From an archaeon (GTDB lineage Archaea > Nanobdellota > Nanobdellia > Pacearchaeales > GW2011-AR1): a DNA stretch of 64,000 nt. Within the stretch, counting starts at the first letter, position 1. Each line of letters starts with the position of its first letter. A program made the translations under genes and the position numbers. Below are positions 35,602 to 44,241 of this stretch, piece after piece. The notes under the pieces are model-generated. The model was not told the DNA's origin and made no database searches. It saw only the letters and a list, made by a program, of their open reading frames with translations. Location of the stretch: positions 19,966-83,965 of the forward strand of contig JABIDS010000009.1 in the NCBI GenBank assembly GCA_018651605.1. The letters are read 5' to 3'.

Positions 35602-38112
35602 ATGCCTCCTAAGAAAAAAGTAAACCCTGAAGCTGTTGAGCAGAAAGAATTTCGGGTTTTTGATCCTGCGAATGTGAAGAAGAGTGTTGAAGTTGCTGCT
35701 AAGCCTAAGCCATCTGTTGAGGATTTGCAAACTGTTGAAAAAGTTGGAGATGCTGAAAAGATAGAGAAGGAATTGAAGAAACGATCATCTACTGGAAAGA
35801 AGAAGGTTAGTAAAAGAAAGAAAAAACCTGCTACGAAGAAGGCTGTGAAGAAACCTGCGGTGTTTAAGGAAAAGGCTTTGAAGAAAGATGGTTATGTTTT
35901 TGTTGTGACTGAAAAGCCTCAGGCGGCTGATAAGATTGCTGCGGCGCTTTCTGAAGGTAAGGCGCGGAAGGTTGCGAATCGGGCAAAGGTTTCATATTAT
36001 GAATTTGAGAGGGGGGGTAAGAGGGTTGTTGTTGGATGTGCTGTTGGACATTTGTTTACTATTTCACAGAATGTTAAGGGGGCAGATTATCCTATTTTTG
36101 ATATTGGGTGGTATCCTAATTCTGCTGTTAAGAGGGGTGTTGATTTTACTCGGAAGTATTTTGATGTTATTAAGAAATTAGTTACTGGGGCGAGTGAGAT
36201 TGTTATTGCTACGGATTTTGATGTTGAGGGAGAGGTTATTGGTTATACTGTTATGAAATATATTGCGAATCAGAAGGATGCTTCGCGGATGAAGTTTAGT
36301 TCTTTGACTGCTGGTGAGTTGCAGGATTCTTTTGATAATCGGGCGAATCATATTGAATGGGGGCAGGCGATTGCTGGGGAGACTCGGCATTTTTTGGATT
36401 GGTTGTATGGTATTAATTTGAGTCGGGCTTTGATGAATTCTATTAAGACTACTGGTAAATTTGCTGTGATGAGTATTGGGCGTGTTCAAGGTCCTGCGTT
36501 GCATATGATTGTTGAGAAGGAGAAACAGATTCAAGCGTTTAAGCCAACTCCTTATTGGCAAATTTTTTTAGAAGTGAATGATGGTAAGAATAAATTAGAA
36601 GTTAAACATAATCGAGATATTACTAAGAAGGAAGAGTTGGGGAAGTTTGAGAAATTGAAGGGTGGGAAAGGTGTTGCGAAGACTACGAAGAAGAGTCAAG
36701 TGATTACTCCGCCTGCTCCGTTTGATTTGACTTCGTTGCAGACTGAGGCGTATAAGTTTCATGGGATTACTCCTGTTAATGCTTTGTCTGTTGCGCAAAA
36801 ATTGTATTTAGCTGGTTTGATTTCTTATCCTAGAACTTCTTCACAGAAAATTGGAGATTTGAAAAGTGCTGAAAAAGTTTTGAAGCTTCTTGAGAAAAAT
36901 CATAGTTCTCTTGTGAAGGAAGTTAGCCGTAAAGTTCCTGTTGAGGGAAATAAGTCTGACCCTGCGCATCCTGCGATTATTCCGACTGGGACTCATAGTA
37001 ATAGGTTGAGTGATTATGATGAGAAGATTTATAATTTGATTGTTAAGAGATTTATTTCTTGTTATTGTGCAGATGCTGAGTTGGAGAATAAGAGAGTTAA
37101 TGTTGATGTTTCAAGTGGTTTGAAGTTTGCTGCTCGTGGAATGGAGGTTAAGAAAAGTGGTTGGATGAAGGTTTATCCTACTAAGATGGAGGCAAAGGAG
37201 TTGAAGGATATGGATGGAGAGGTTAATATTGATGAAGTTAAGATTGAGGAGAAGGAGACTAAGCCTCCGAATCGGTTTTCTCCTGCGTCTATTGTGACTG
37301 CTCTTGAGAAAAAGAATTTAGGGACAAAGGCTACTCGTGCGAATATTATTGAGACACTTTATGATAGGAATTATGTTAAGGGGAAATCTATTACTGCTAC
37401 TGAGTTGGGGATTCGATTGATTGATTCTTTGAAAAAATATTCTCCTGTGATTATTGAAGAGGAATTGACTCGTGAGATTGAAAAAGATATGGATAATATT
37501 CGGAGTTCTAAGCATGATTTGGATGTTAAAAAGGGGAAGGTTATTGGTAAGGCTGAAGATGCTTTGACTAAAATTTCTAAGGATTTTAAAAAGAATGAGG
37601 TTGTGATTGGGAAGGAGTTGCGAGGGGCGAATGAGGCGGCGTGGGCGCAGGAAAAAGAAGATAATAAATTATTGAAGTGTACTGGTTGTGGTAAAGGTTT
37701 TTTGTCTCTTAGATATACGCCAAGATTTAAGAGTTATTTTGTTGGATGTGAAACTTATCCTGATTGTACTCAGACTTATCCTTTGCCTTCTGGATGTGTT
37801 GTTAAAAAAGTTGAAGGTAAGATGTGTGAGGAATGTGGTTGGCCAATGTTAATTAGGTATAAGCCAAGTAAGAGGCCATGGGTTTTTTGTTTTAATCCTA
37901 AATGTCCAACGAGGTTGGAGTTGGATTTGAGTGGGAAGGCGAAGAAGAAGGGGGCGAGGTATGTTGGTGGGAAAACGAAAACTGCGGAGAGTAAGGGTGT
38001 GGCTGATATAGGTGTTAAAGAAAAAGGGGAGGATGTTGGGGTTGAGAAGGGTGATGGTGTTGGGGTTGGGAGGGGTGGAGATGTTGAGGTTAAAAAGGTT
38101 AAGGAGAAGTGA
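35602..38112 (+). CDS. topA: DNA topoisomerase IA with Lys-rich N-terminal extension and C-terminal zinc ribbons
   Basis: Toprim block VIATDFDVEGEVIGY. Type IA core. C-terminal CTGCGKG…CETYPDC…CEECGW…CFNPKCP zinc ribbons. Gly/Val-rich tail. Confidence 0.85.
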   Translation: MPPKKKVNPEAVEQKEFRVFDPANVKKSVEVAAKPKPSVEDLQTVEKVGDAEKIEKELKKRSSTGKKKVSKRKKKPATKKAVKKPAVFKEKALKKDGYVFVVTEKPQAADKIAAALSEGKARKVANRAKVSYYEFERGGKRVVVGCAVGHLFTISQNVKGADYPIFDIGWYPNSAVKRGVDFTRKYFDVIKKLVTGASEIVIATDFDVEGEVIGYTVMKYIANQKDASRMKFSSLTAGELQDSFDNRANHIEWGQAIAGETRHFLDWLYGINLSRALMNSIKTTGKFAVMSIGRVQGPALHMIVEKEKQIQAFKPTPYWQIFLEVNDGKNKLEVKHNRDITKKEELGKFEKLKGGKGVAKTTKKSQVITPPAPFDLTSLQTEAYKFHGITPVNALSVAQKLYLAGLISYPRTSSQKIGDLKSAEKVLKLLEKNHSSLVKEVSRKVPVEGNKSDPAHPAIIPTGTHSNRLSDYDEKIYNLIVKRFISCYCADAELENKRVNVDVSSGLKFAARGMEVKKSGWMKVYPTKMEAKELKDMDGEVNIDEVKIEEKETKPPNRFSPASIVTALEKKNLGTKATRANIIETLYDRNYVKGKSITATELGIRLIDSLKKYSPVIIEEELTREIEKDMDNIRSSKHDLDVKKGKVIGKAEDALTKISKDFKKNEVVIGKELRGANEAAWAQEKEDNKLLKCTGCGKGFLSLRYTPRFKSYFVGCETYPDCTQTYPLPSGCVVKKVEGKMCEECGWPMLIRYKPSKRPWVFCFNPKCPTRLELDLSGKAKKKGARYVGGKTKTAESKGVADIGVKEKGEDVGVEKGDGVGVGRGGDVEVKKVKEK

Positions 38113-38120
38113 ACGGTTGT

Positions 38121-38228
38121 TGCGGTGAAGATTTAATTGGTTGCGGTCTCCCAAGCCTGACTTTGTCAAGGCTCTCCGACTTGCAGTTTTGATAATGTTG
38201 AATATTTTATCATGAGGTTATGAGTGGT
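38121..38228 (+). repeat. hairpin repeat family C, copy (stem agcc-TGAC-UUU-GUCA-aggct) followed by conserved aatattttatcatgaggttatgagtggtt box
   Basis: ~80% similar over ~90 bp to 41040-41140, with compensatory stem substitutions. The TTTTATC box could be a TATA element. Confidence 0.65.
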
Positions 38229-38272
38229 TTAGTAAATAAATATTTATATATGTAATTAGGATGATTATTTAA

Positions 38273-38773
38273 ATGGAATCTAATCTTGCAACCATTTATG
38301 TATGGGAAAAAAGAAATTTGGATGTAGATAATTTATTATTTGTTCTTGGAGGTAAAAAGGCTCCAACATATACTGAACTTAAATCACAATTTGATCGTAA
38401 TCATAGAAAACCTATTTCACTTAGGCATTATTCAAATGAATTTGAAATTTATCAAAGTATAGCAGGAACCGAACCTCTTGTTAAAGATCCTCATTATACT
38501 GGAGATGTCTCTCCTTTTTTAACTTTTGATTTAGAAAAAAGATTGAAAAAATTAGAGTTGTCATTACCTGAACATGAACTTCAATTTAATCCTCGTGAAA
38601 GCAATGATTATAAAAGTGTAGATTTAGCTAGGGTTGGAGGATTAGCATTATATTTGGTTGAAAGTTTGAGTGCTAAGGATGTTTTAGCAGTTAATGGGAC
38701 AGATATTGAAAATGGGGTAATCTATGCTTCTCCTGGAATTGAAAGAAAAGTTTCTGATTCTATTCTTATTTGA
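38273..38773 (+). CDS. hypothetical protein (166 aa)
   Basis: A-rich coding strand (foreign-like). Flanked on both sides by copies of the attttatcRtgagRttatgagtggtt box. Confidence 0.45.
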   Translation: MESNLATIYVWEKRNLDVDNLLFVLGGKKAPTYTELKSQFDRNHRKPISLRHYSNEFEIYQSIAGTEPLVKDPHYTGDVSPFLTFDLEKRLKKLELSLPEHELQFNPRESNDYKSVDLARVGGLALYLVESLSAKDVLAVNGTDIENGVIYASPGIERKVSDSILI

Positions 38774-38803
38774 TTGAAATTTTATCGTGAGATTATGAGT
38801 GGT
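38766..38803 (+). repeat. partial copy of family C promoter-like box (gaaattttatcgtgagattatgagtggtt)
   Basis: 27/30 identical to 38198-38227 and 41118-41145. Confidence 0.6.
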
Positions 38804-38849
38804 TCTTTAATATAATTAAATTTATAAGCCTAGAAAATGCACATAGGTT

Positions 38850-39350
38850 ATGTATAATAATGAAGAACTAGGGATTATTGGAAGAGCTAGAGTGCATGGA
38901 TTTGCATCTTATCTATGTAATGAATATGGTTCTAAGGGTATGTTGGATAGGTCTTTTAATTCTGAACAATTGCCTGACAAAGATTTTTTTGAGAAAAGGT
39001 ATAATCATATGAAGAATAAAAAAAGTGATTTTGATATTACTTATTTAATAGAACTTCCTGAAGAATCTGTAAATCCTCTTAAGGATGAACAAGAGAAGTG
39101 GAAAAATTTGTCTCCTAGGGTTGGTTGTTTTTTAGATACATTAGATTATTTGATTGAAGAATATGATTCTGTAAAAGAGGATTGTGAAGGTGATAGGAAA
39201 ATGGTTAGTAGGGTTATGAATGAATGGTGGGAATTGTTGCAAGAATGGAATGCTCTTTCAAATTCTTATAAGGTTAAAGTAGAGATGGTTTATGATGCTT
39301 TAAATGAGCGAGGGATTCATAATCTTAATTTTGAAGTGTTTGATAAATAA
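38850..39350 (+). CDS. hypothetical protein (166 aa)
   Basis: ORF with A-rich composition. Confidence 0.45.
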   Translation: MYNNEELGIIGRARVHGFASYLCNEYGSKGMLDRSFNSEQLPDKDFFEKRYNHMKNKKSDFDITYLIELPEESVNPLKDEQEKWKNLSPRVGCFLDTLDYLIEEYDSVKEDCEGDRKMVSRVMNEWWELLQEWNALSNSYKVKVEMVYDALNERGIHNLNFEVFDK

Positions 39351-39395
39351 CCCAAACTTTATAATCTTCTTTTCCTTGTTATTTTTAGGTGATTC

Positions 39396-40217
39396 ATGAC
39401 ATATGTAATAAAATCTACAGGTGAGAAAGAGAGGTTTGATAGGAATAAAGTTCGGAAGAGTATTCTTCATGCTGGGGCATCTCCGGAGTTGGTTGATAAG
39501 GTTTTGGGTGTGATTGATAAGAAGAGATATGATGAGATTCCGACTGAAAAGATTTTGGATATTGTTTTGAAGTCTTTGGCACGGAATAAGGGGATTGCAG
39601 ATAGATATGATTTGAAGAGGGCGATTATGCAGTTGGGGCCTTCAGGTTTTCCGTTTGAGAGATTTTTTGCAATGGTTTTAAAGAATTATGGATATGATGT
39701 GAAGGTTGGGAGTGTGTTGAAGGGGAAAAATATAACTCATGAGATTGATGTTTTTGCTAAAGGTAAGAATGGTTCTTTTATGGTTGAATGTAAATATCAT
39801 AATAAATGGGGGATTCATACTAAGGTTAAGATTCCGCTTTATGTTTATGCTCGGTTTCTTGATTTGAAGAAATATTTTGATGAGCCTTGGATTGTTACTA
39901 ATACTAAATGTACCCCTGATGCTTTGAATTATGCTAGAGGTGTTAAGATGAAAGTTACTTCTTGGAATTATCCTAAGGGAAGTAGTTTGAGGGATTTAAT
40001 TGAAGGTAAGAAACTTTATCCTATTAGTGTTCTTCGTGGGGTTAGTGTTAGGACTAAAGAAAAGTTATTTGAGTCTGATATTTTTTTAGTTAAGACTTTG
40101 GTTGATTTAGATATTTATGAGTTGAAGAAGAAGACTAAATTTAGTAAGAGATATTTGAGAAGGATTATTGGGGAGGCTAAGGATGTGTTGGGTGTTGGGG
40201 TTGTGAAGGTTGGTTAG
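39396..40217 (+). CDS. ATP-cone domain protein fused to Mrr-like (PD-(D/E)xK) restriction-endonuclease domain
   Basis: N-terminal ATP-cone (MTYVIKSTGEKERFDRNKVRKSI…). Central FERFFAMVLKNYGYDV…EIDVFAKGKNGSFMVECKY resembles the Mrr catalytic core (FE…Y.V…D.GIDV…QCK). Confidence 0.55.
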   Translation: MTYVIKSTGEKERFDRNKVRKSILHAGASPELVDKVLGVIDKKRYDEIPTEKILDIVLKSLARNKGIADRYDLKRAIMQLGPSGFPFERFFAMVLKNYGYDVKVGSVLKGKNITHEIDVFAKGKNGSFMVECKYHNKWGIHTKVKIPLYVYARFLDLKKYFDEPWIVTNTKCTPDALNYARGVKMKVTSWNYPKGSSLRDLIEGKKLYPISVLRGVSVRTKEKLFESDIFLVKTLVDLDIYELKKKTKFSKRYLRRIIGEAKDVLGVGVVKVG

Positions 40218-40273
40218 TAGTGTAGTTATATCATTACAATAATCCTTAAAACCTATTATAACTTTTTTAAAGT

Positions 40274-41032
40274 ATGGATAATATAGAATCTCAAACTAAG
40301 GCTGTTACAAATAAAATTACAACTGGAAGTCAGGATTTAAACATTTTTCTTCAAGGAGGTTATGAGAAAGGAATAATAACTTTACTTTATGGTCCTGCGG
40401 CCTCTGGAAAATCAAACATTGTAACATTGGCTGCATGTAATCAAGCTAAAAAAGATAAAAAGATAATCTTCATAGACACAGAAGGAAGTTTTTCAGTTGA
40501 TAGAGTTAATCAGATGTCAAATAATTTGCCAGAACAAATTTTAAAAAATATTATAATTCTTAAGCCAACTAATTTTAAGGAGCAACAAAATTCTTTTATA
40601 ACTTTAGCAAATGAATTAAAAAAATCAGAAAATATTGGGTTGATAATTGTGGATAGTATAACTATGCTTTATAGATTGGAATTTGCAGAAGCAAGAAAAA
40701 AGGGTTTGGAAGAAATACAAAATATAAATAGTGATTTGGCTAGGCAGATGAAGGCACTTTATGAAGTTGCGAGAAAACGAGATATTGCAGTTTTAGTAAC
40801 CTCTCAGATATATTCAGGATATCTTAGTGAAGAAGATTGGCCTGCAGGAAAGCAGGCTAAAACAAATGTTGTTGGCGGGGATATATTGAAGTATTGGAGT
40901 AAATGTATAATTGAATTGGAAAATAAAAATGGGCGGAAAAAAGCGATTATTCAGAAACATCGTTCATTGCCTGAGAAAACTTTGAACTTTGAGATTGTTA
41001 ATGAGGGTGTGCAGAAAAGGGGTTGGTTGTGA
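40274..41032 (+). CDS. RadB/KaiC-like RecA-superfamily ATPase
   Basis: Walker A LLYGPAASGKSNIVTLAA. Walker B LIIVDSITMLY. ~250 aa with RadB-like organisation. A-rich (foreign-like) composition. Confidence 0.65.
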   Translation: MDNIESQTKAVTNKITTGSQDLNIFLQGGYEKGIITLLYGPAASGKSNIVTLAACNQAKKDKKIIFIDTEGSFSVDRVNQMSNNLPEQILKNIIILKPTNFKEQQNSFITLANELKKSENIGLIIVDSITMLYRLEFAEARKKGLEEIQNINSDLARQMKALYEVARKRDIAVLVTSQIYSGYLSEEDWPAGKQAKTNVVGGDILKYWSKCIIELENKNGRKKAIIQKHRSLPEKTLNFEIVNEGVQKRGWL

Positions 41033-41039
41033 ATTGTTA

Positions 41040-41140
41040 CATGGGCTGGAGGGTTATTGCTGGCTCCCGAGTCCGACTTCGTCAGGACTCTCCACCTTGC
41101 ATATTGAAATTGTGAATATTTTATCGTGAGGTTATGATAG
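41040..41140 (+). repeat. hairpin repeat family C, copy (stem gagtcc-GAC-UUC-GUCA-ggactc) + gaatattttatcgtgaggttatga box
   Basis: Pairs with 38121-38228 to bracket the four-gene cassette. Hairpin 41069-41090. Confidence 0.65.
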
Positions 41141-41351
41141 ATTGATTTTTTAGAAAGAACTTTTAGGAAATGATTTATTTAGACTATTCACTATTTTTTC
41201 TGCACTTTGCTGTGAAAGATTTGTTTTTAGAATTTTAATATGATTCATAAGATCTCTAGAACCATCATAAAAACTCTTCTTAGCATATCCATATTCTCCT
41301 TTTTCATCGGCATAGATTAAGTAATCATTAGTTGTAATTTTATTTTTAGAA

Positions 41352-41753
41352 TTATTTTTTATCTAATGTATTTTCTAAAACATCATTTAATGGAGCTGTT
41401 TGAATTTCAGTTATTTTTTCTAAATAAGAATCAAATTTTAGTTGTGCTTTTTCTAAAATTTCTTTGCAAACTGGATTTGAAGAATCTGCACTGTATCTTG
41501 TTGTATTTTCTTCAACAGTTATTTCTATATACTCTAACGTTAAATCTTTTCCAGAACGATAGGAAATTATATTTCCATCTTCTTTAGTAGTTTTTAAGAA
41601 AGTATATCCAGAATCGGTACTAGAACAATTAATCTCTTCTCCTTCAATTTCTCCCTTAAAATGATATTCTAGATGATTTGAACTACATCCTGTTATACCT
41701 AAAACTAATGCTCCTGTTAATGCGAGTTTTCTTAAATTTCTTTTAAATTTCAT
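41352..41753 (-). CDS. putative secreted lipoprotein (lipobox-like LGITGCSS)
   Basis: N-terminal MKFKRNLRKLALTGALVLGITGC signal with a lipobox-like Cys. 133 aa. Confidence 0.5.
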   Translation of the reverse strand: MKFKRNLRKLALTGALVLGITGCSSNHLEYHFKGEIEGEEINCSSTDSGYTFLKTTKEDGNIISYRSGKDLTLEYIEITVEENTTRYSADSSNPVCKEILEKAQLKFDSYLEKITEIQTAPLNDVLENTLDKK

Positions 41754-41816
41754 ATAATTAGTTATTGAGATTGGCTTTATAAGTTTTTATATAATTATTT
41801 ATCTATTAGAATTTTA

Positions 41817-42080
41817 TTATTTAGCTTTCTTAAATTCGTCTGAATATTTCTTTAAGTCTTTTTGTGCCTTAGCAATCGCGTCTTGTAGGGCTTTTTTTGC
41901 AGATTTTCCATCTGTTGTTATCTTTAGTGTTAGTGGTTTACTATAGTGTTCTTTTTTCCAGACACCTAATTTTACTGCGCTGTCTTGATTTAAGTAAACT
42001 CTAACTATCTCTGCGATTGTTTGATTATCTATCAAAACTTCTAATTCATTTTTTGTGTCTTTTGTTATTGTTACTTCCAT
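41817..42080 (-). CDS. rpo11: DNA-directed RNA polymerase subunit Rpo11 (RpoL)
   Basis: 87 aa. …ELEVLIDNQTIAEIVRVYLNQDSAVKLGVWKKEHYSKPLTLKITTDG…ALQDAI matches the RpoL/Rpb11 fold signature (…EDHTLGN…AGY..PHPL…I.I.T…P..AL.DA). Confidence 0.65.
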   Translation of the reverse strand: MEVTITKDTKNELEVLIDNQTIAEIVRVYLNQDSAVKLGVWKKEHYSKPLTLKITTDGKSAKKALQDAIAKAQKDLKKYSDEFKKAK

Positions 42081-42142
42081 TTGTTGTTCCTAGAATTTAG
42101 AGAAAATGAGGGTTTAAAAGAGTTTGGGTTTGAGAAATAGGA

Positions 42143-43408
42143 TTATATCAACTCTCTATCAAACTCATCGATTGATTCTGAATCTTCTATTCTTTTATTG
42201 TTATTTTTGCCTAGAAGTTCGCTTCCGCCTAAAAATTGATCTATGTCTTGAGATTCTTTCTTTTTTCTTGATTCAAGTTCTTGTTTTCTTTGTTGGGCTA
42301 ATTGTTGGTTTTGTTGTTCTTGTCTTTGTTTTTCTTGAAGTTCTTGTTGTTGCTGTTGTTCTTGTTTTATTCTGTCTTGTTCTCTTAATGCTTCCATGAT
42401 TCTTTGTCGCTCTTCTATCTTTTGTTGTTCTTCTATTCTTTCTTGTCTTGTGACTTCGACTTTTTTTCTGTGCATGTCTTTTAATTGGTTTATTGTTACC
42501 TTGTCTCTGTTAATTTTTCGTAAGTCTAGGTCTTGTGTTTGTTGTTGTGGTTGTGGGGTTTGTTGTTGATTTTGGATATCTGTTTGAGGTTCAACTTTAC
42601 ATTCTACAACTGCTTGATTATCTATTAGCGGTGTTTCTGAATTTTCTTTGAGTTCTACTTTGCAATGAACTTCGGGTTTTTTAACAATTGGATAATATTT
42701 TTGTTGGAATGGATCATTTGTTTCATCATGGTGTTCAGGGTAATTTTGTTTTATTCTTTCTAGTTCTTTGCTTTCTGAGAATGAATTTATTTGGTTGGTT
42801 GGTTGTGACTCTTCATTTTCTTCTGGTTCTATGAAAACTTGTTCTGGTTCTGGTATTGTTTCTATTGGTTGTCCATTTTCGTTTAGAAGTAGGGGTTGTT
42901 TTTGTTTTTCTTGCATGTATTTTTCCATTTCAGTTATCTTTCTTAATTTCATTTGGAAAAATTGTTCTAATTTTTTTATTAATCTTTCGGTGTTCTCTGG
43001 GGGTTTATTTTTTTCAATCATTTGGATTGCGATTTCTGATTCTCCTAATGCTTTTGCTAGTTGTTGTTGAGTTAATCCTTTTCTTCTTCTGTTTTTCATT
43101 ATCATCCAATGGTAATGTTCGATTAGATTTAATTGTTCTTCTTCTGGTTGTTCTCTTTCGGGATTTTGTTCTAATTCTTCTAACTCGTTATTTATGAAGA
43201 AGGTGTTTTCTTGATCTGTTGGAGTGGTTTTTCTTATTGTAGGGTTGTTTTCTGATTCTTTTAGTTGACTTGTGTTGGGTTTTTTGATTATTGGGATATT
43301 TTCTATAATTGCGCAACGCTCACATAATGAATCCATTCTTCCTTCATAAATAGCGTCGAAAAGTCTTATCTCGTTTTCATTTACATCACATCTTACACAT
43401 CTTTCCAT
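42143..43408 (-). CDS. archaeal MBF1-like protein (N-terminal Zn ribbon + Cro/C1 HTH) with long Gln/Glu-rich C-terminal extension
   Basis: CVRCDVNE…CERC zinc ribbon. HTH NRRRKGLTQQQLAKALGESEIAIQMIEK. Then ~250 aa of QQQ/EEQ low complexity. Confidence 0.6.
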   Translation of the reverse strand: MERCVRCDVNENEIRLFDAIYEGRMDSLCERCAIIENIPIIKKPNTSQLKESENNPTIRKTTPTDQENTFFINNELEELEQNPEREQPEEEQLNLIEHYHWMIMKNRRRKGLTQQQLAKALGESEIAIQMIEKNKPPENTERLIKKLEQFFQMKLRKITEMEKYMQEKQKQPLLLNENGQPIETIPEPEQVFIEPEENEESQPTNQINSFSESKELERIKQNYPEHHDETNDPFQQKYYPIVKKPEVHCKVELKENSETPLIDNQAVVECKVEPQTDIQNQQQTPQPQQQTQDLDLRKINRDKVTINQLKDMHRKKVEVTRQERIEEQQKIEERQRIMEALREQDRIKQEQQQQQELQEKQRQEQQNQQLAQQRKQELESRKKKESQDIDQFLGGSELLGKNNNKRIEDSESIDEFDRELI

Positions 43409-43475
43409 TGTTATGGGTGGTAGGGGTGGTTTTTATTGTTAGTGGTTGTTGGATGTATATAAAAAAATTGATGGA

Positions 43476-44186
43476 TTACAACCTAATAACATTATCATCA
43501 TAATCTTTGTTAGATTCCTTGTTTTCTAAATATTTTTCAATTTGGTTGATGTTTTCTGGGTTTTCTAGTTTATCTTTATTATTTATGATTATTGTTGGTG
43601 AGGTTTTTATGTTGTATTTATCTGTTAGTTGTTGGATTATGTTTGTATCTAAGTTTATATCAAATGAATATATGATAAGGTTTTTGTTTCTTTGGCTTAG
43701 GGTTCCTAATAATCTTCCCGTATCTTCGCTTTTTCCTAAATCTGTTTTTTTGTTTGAATAAAAGAAAAGGATTGTTTGTATGTTGTTGTTTTGGTTATTG
43801 TTGCATTCTTTGTTTATCTGATTGATGAATTCAAAATGTTCTAATTCTACAAGATTATAGAAGTCTTTTCTGAATAGGACATCTTTGTTGTCTTTGCCGA
43901 ATTTTCTTTCTAAGTCATCGATGATTCTTCCTTGAAATCCTAGATCTTCTGAGATTTCTCTGAATGTGCTTTGTGCGCAGATGTCTTTATTGAAGAGGGT
44001 GTGTTCAAGTTTGTCATAGAAAATGCTGTAACTTGTTATATCTTGGAAGTTTGAGATTCTCTGGAATTCTATGTAGGAGATAGAATAGGTTATGCTGAAT
44101 CCGAGGATGAATATTAATGTGCCTATTATGAATGCGAAGAGGTATCTTTTTTTGCTTTGAATCGGTCTTTTAGTTTCTTTTTTCAT
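43476..44186 (-). CDS. hypothetical membrane-anchored protein
   Basis: N-terminal TM YLFAFIIGTLIFILGFSITYSISYI. 236 aa. Confidence 0.45.
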   Translation of the reverse strand: MKKETKRPIQSKKRYLFAFIIGTLIFILGFSITYSISYIEFQRISNFQDITSYSIFYDKLEHTLFNKDICAQSTFREISEDLGFQGRIIDDLERKFGKDNKDVLFRKDFYNLVELEHFEFINQINKECNNNQNNNIQTILFFYSNKKTDLGKSEDTGRLLGTLSQRNKNLIIYSFDINLDTNIIQQLTDKYNIKTSPTIIINNKDKLENPENINQIEKYLENKESNKDYDDNVIRL

Positions 44187-44241
44187 TTGTTATCTTTGTT
44201 GTTTTTCTTTATATAAATTATTGTGCTGTGGTTGAGTTGGG

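Noticed and set aside
41143-41345. Possible minus-strand ORF (~58 aa) between the family C repeat and the lipoprotein gene
   Set aside because: No in-frame start codon with a plausible context was found. Below the ORF-track cutoff. Frame relationship to the lipoprotein ORF could not be resolved by eye.
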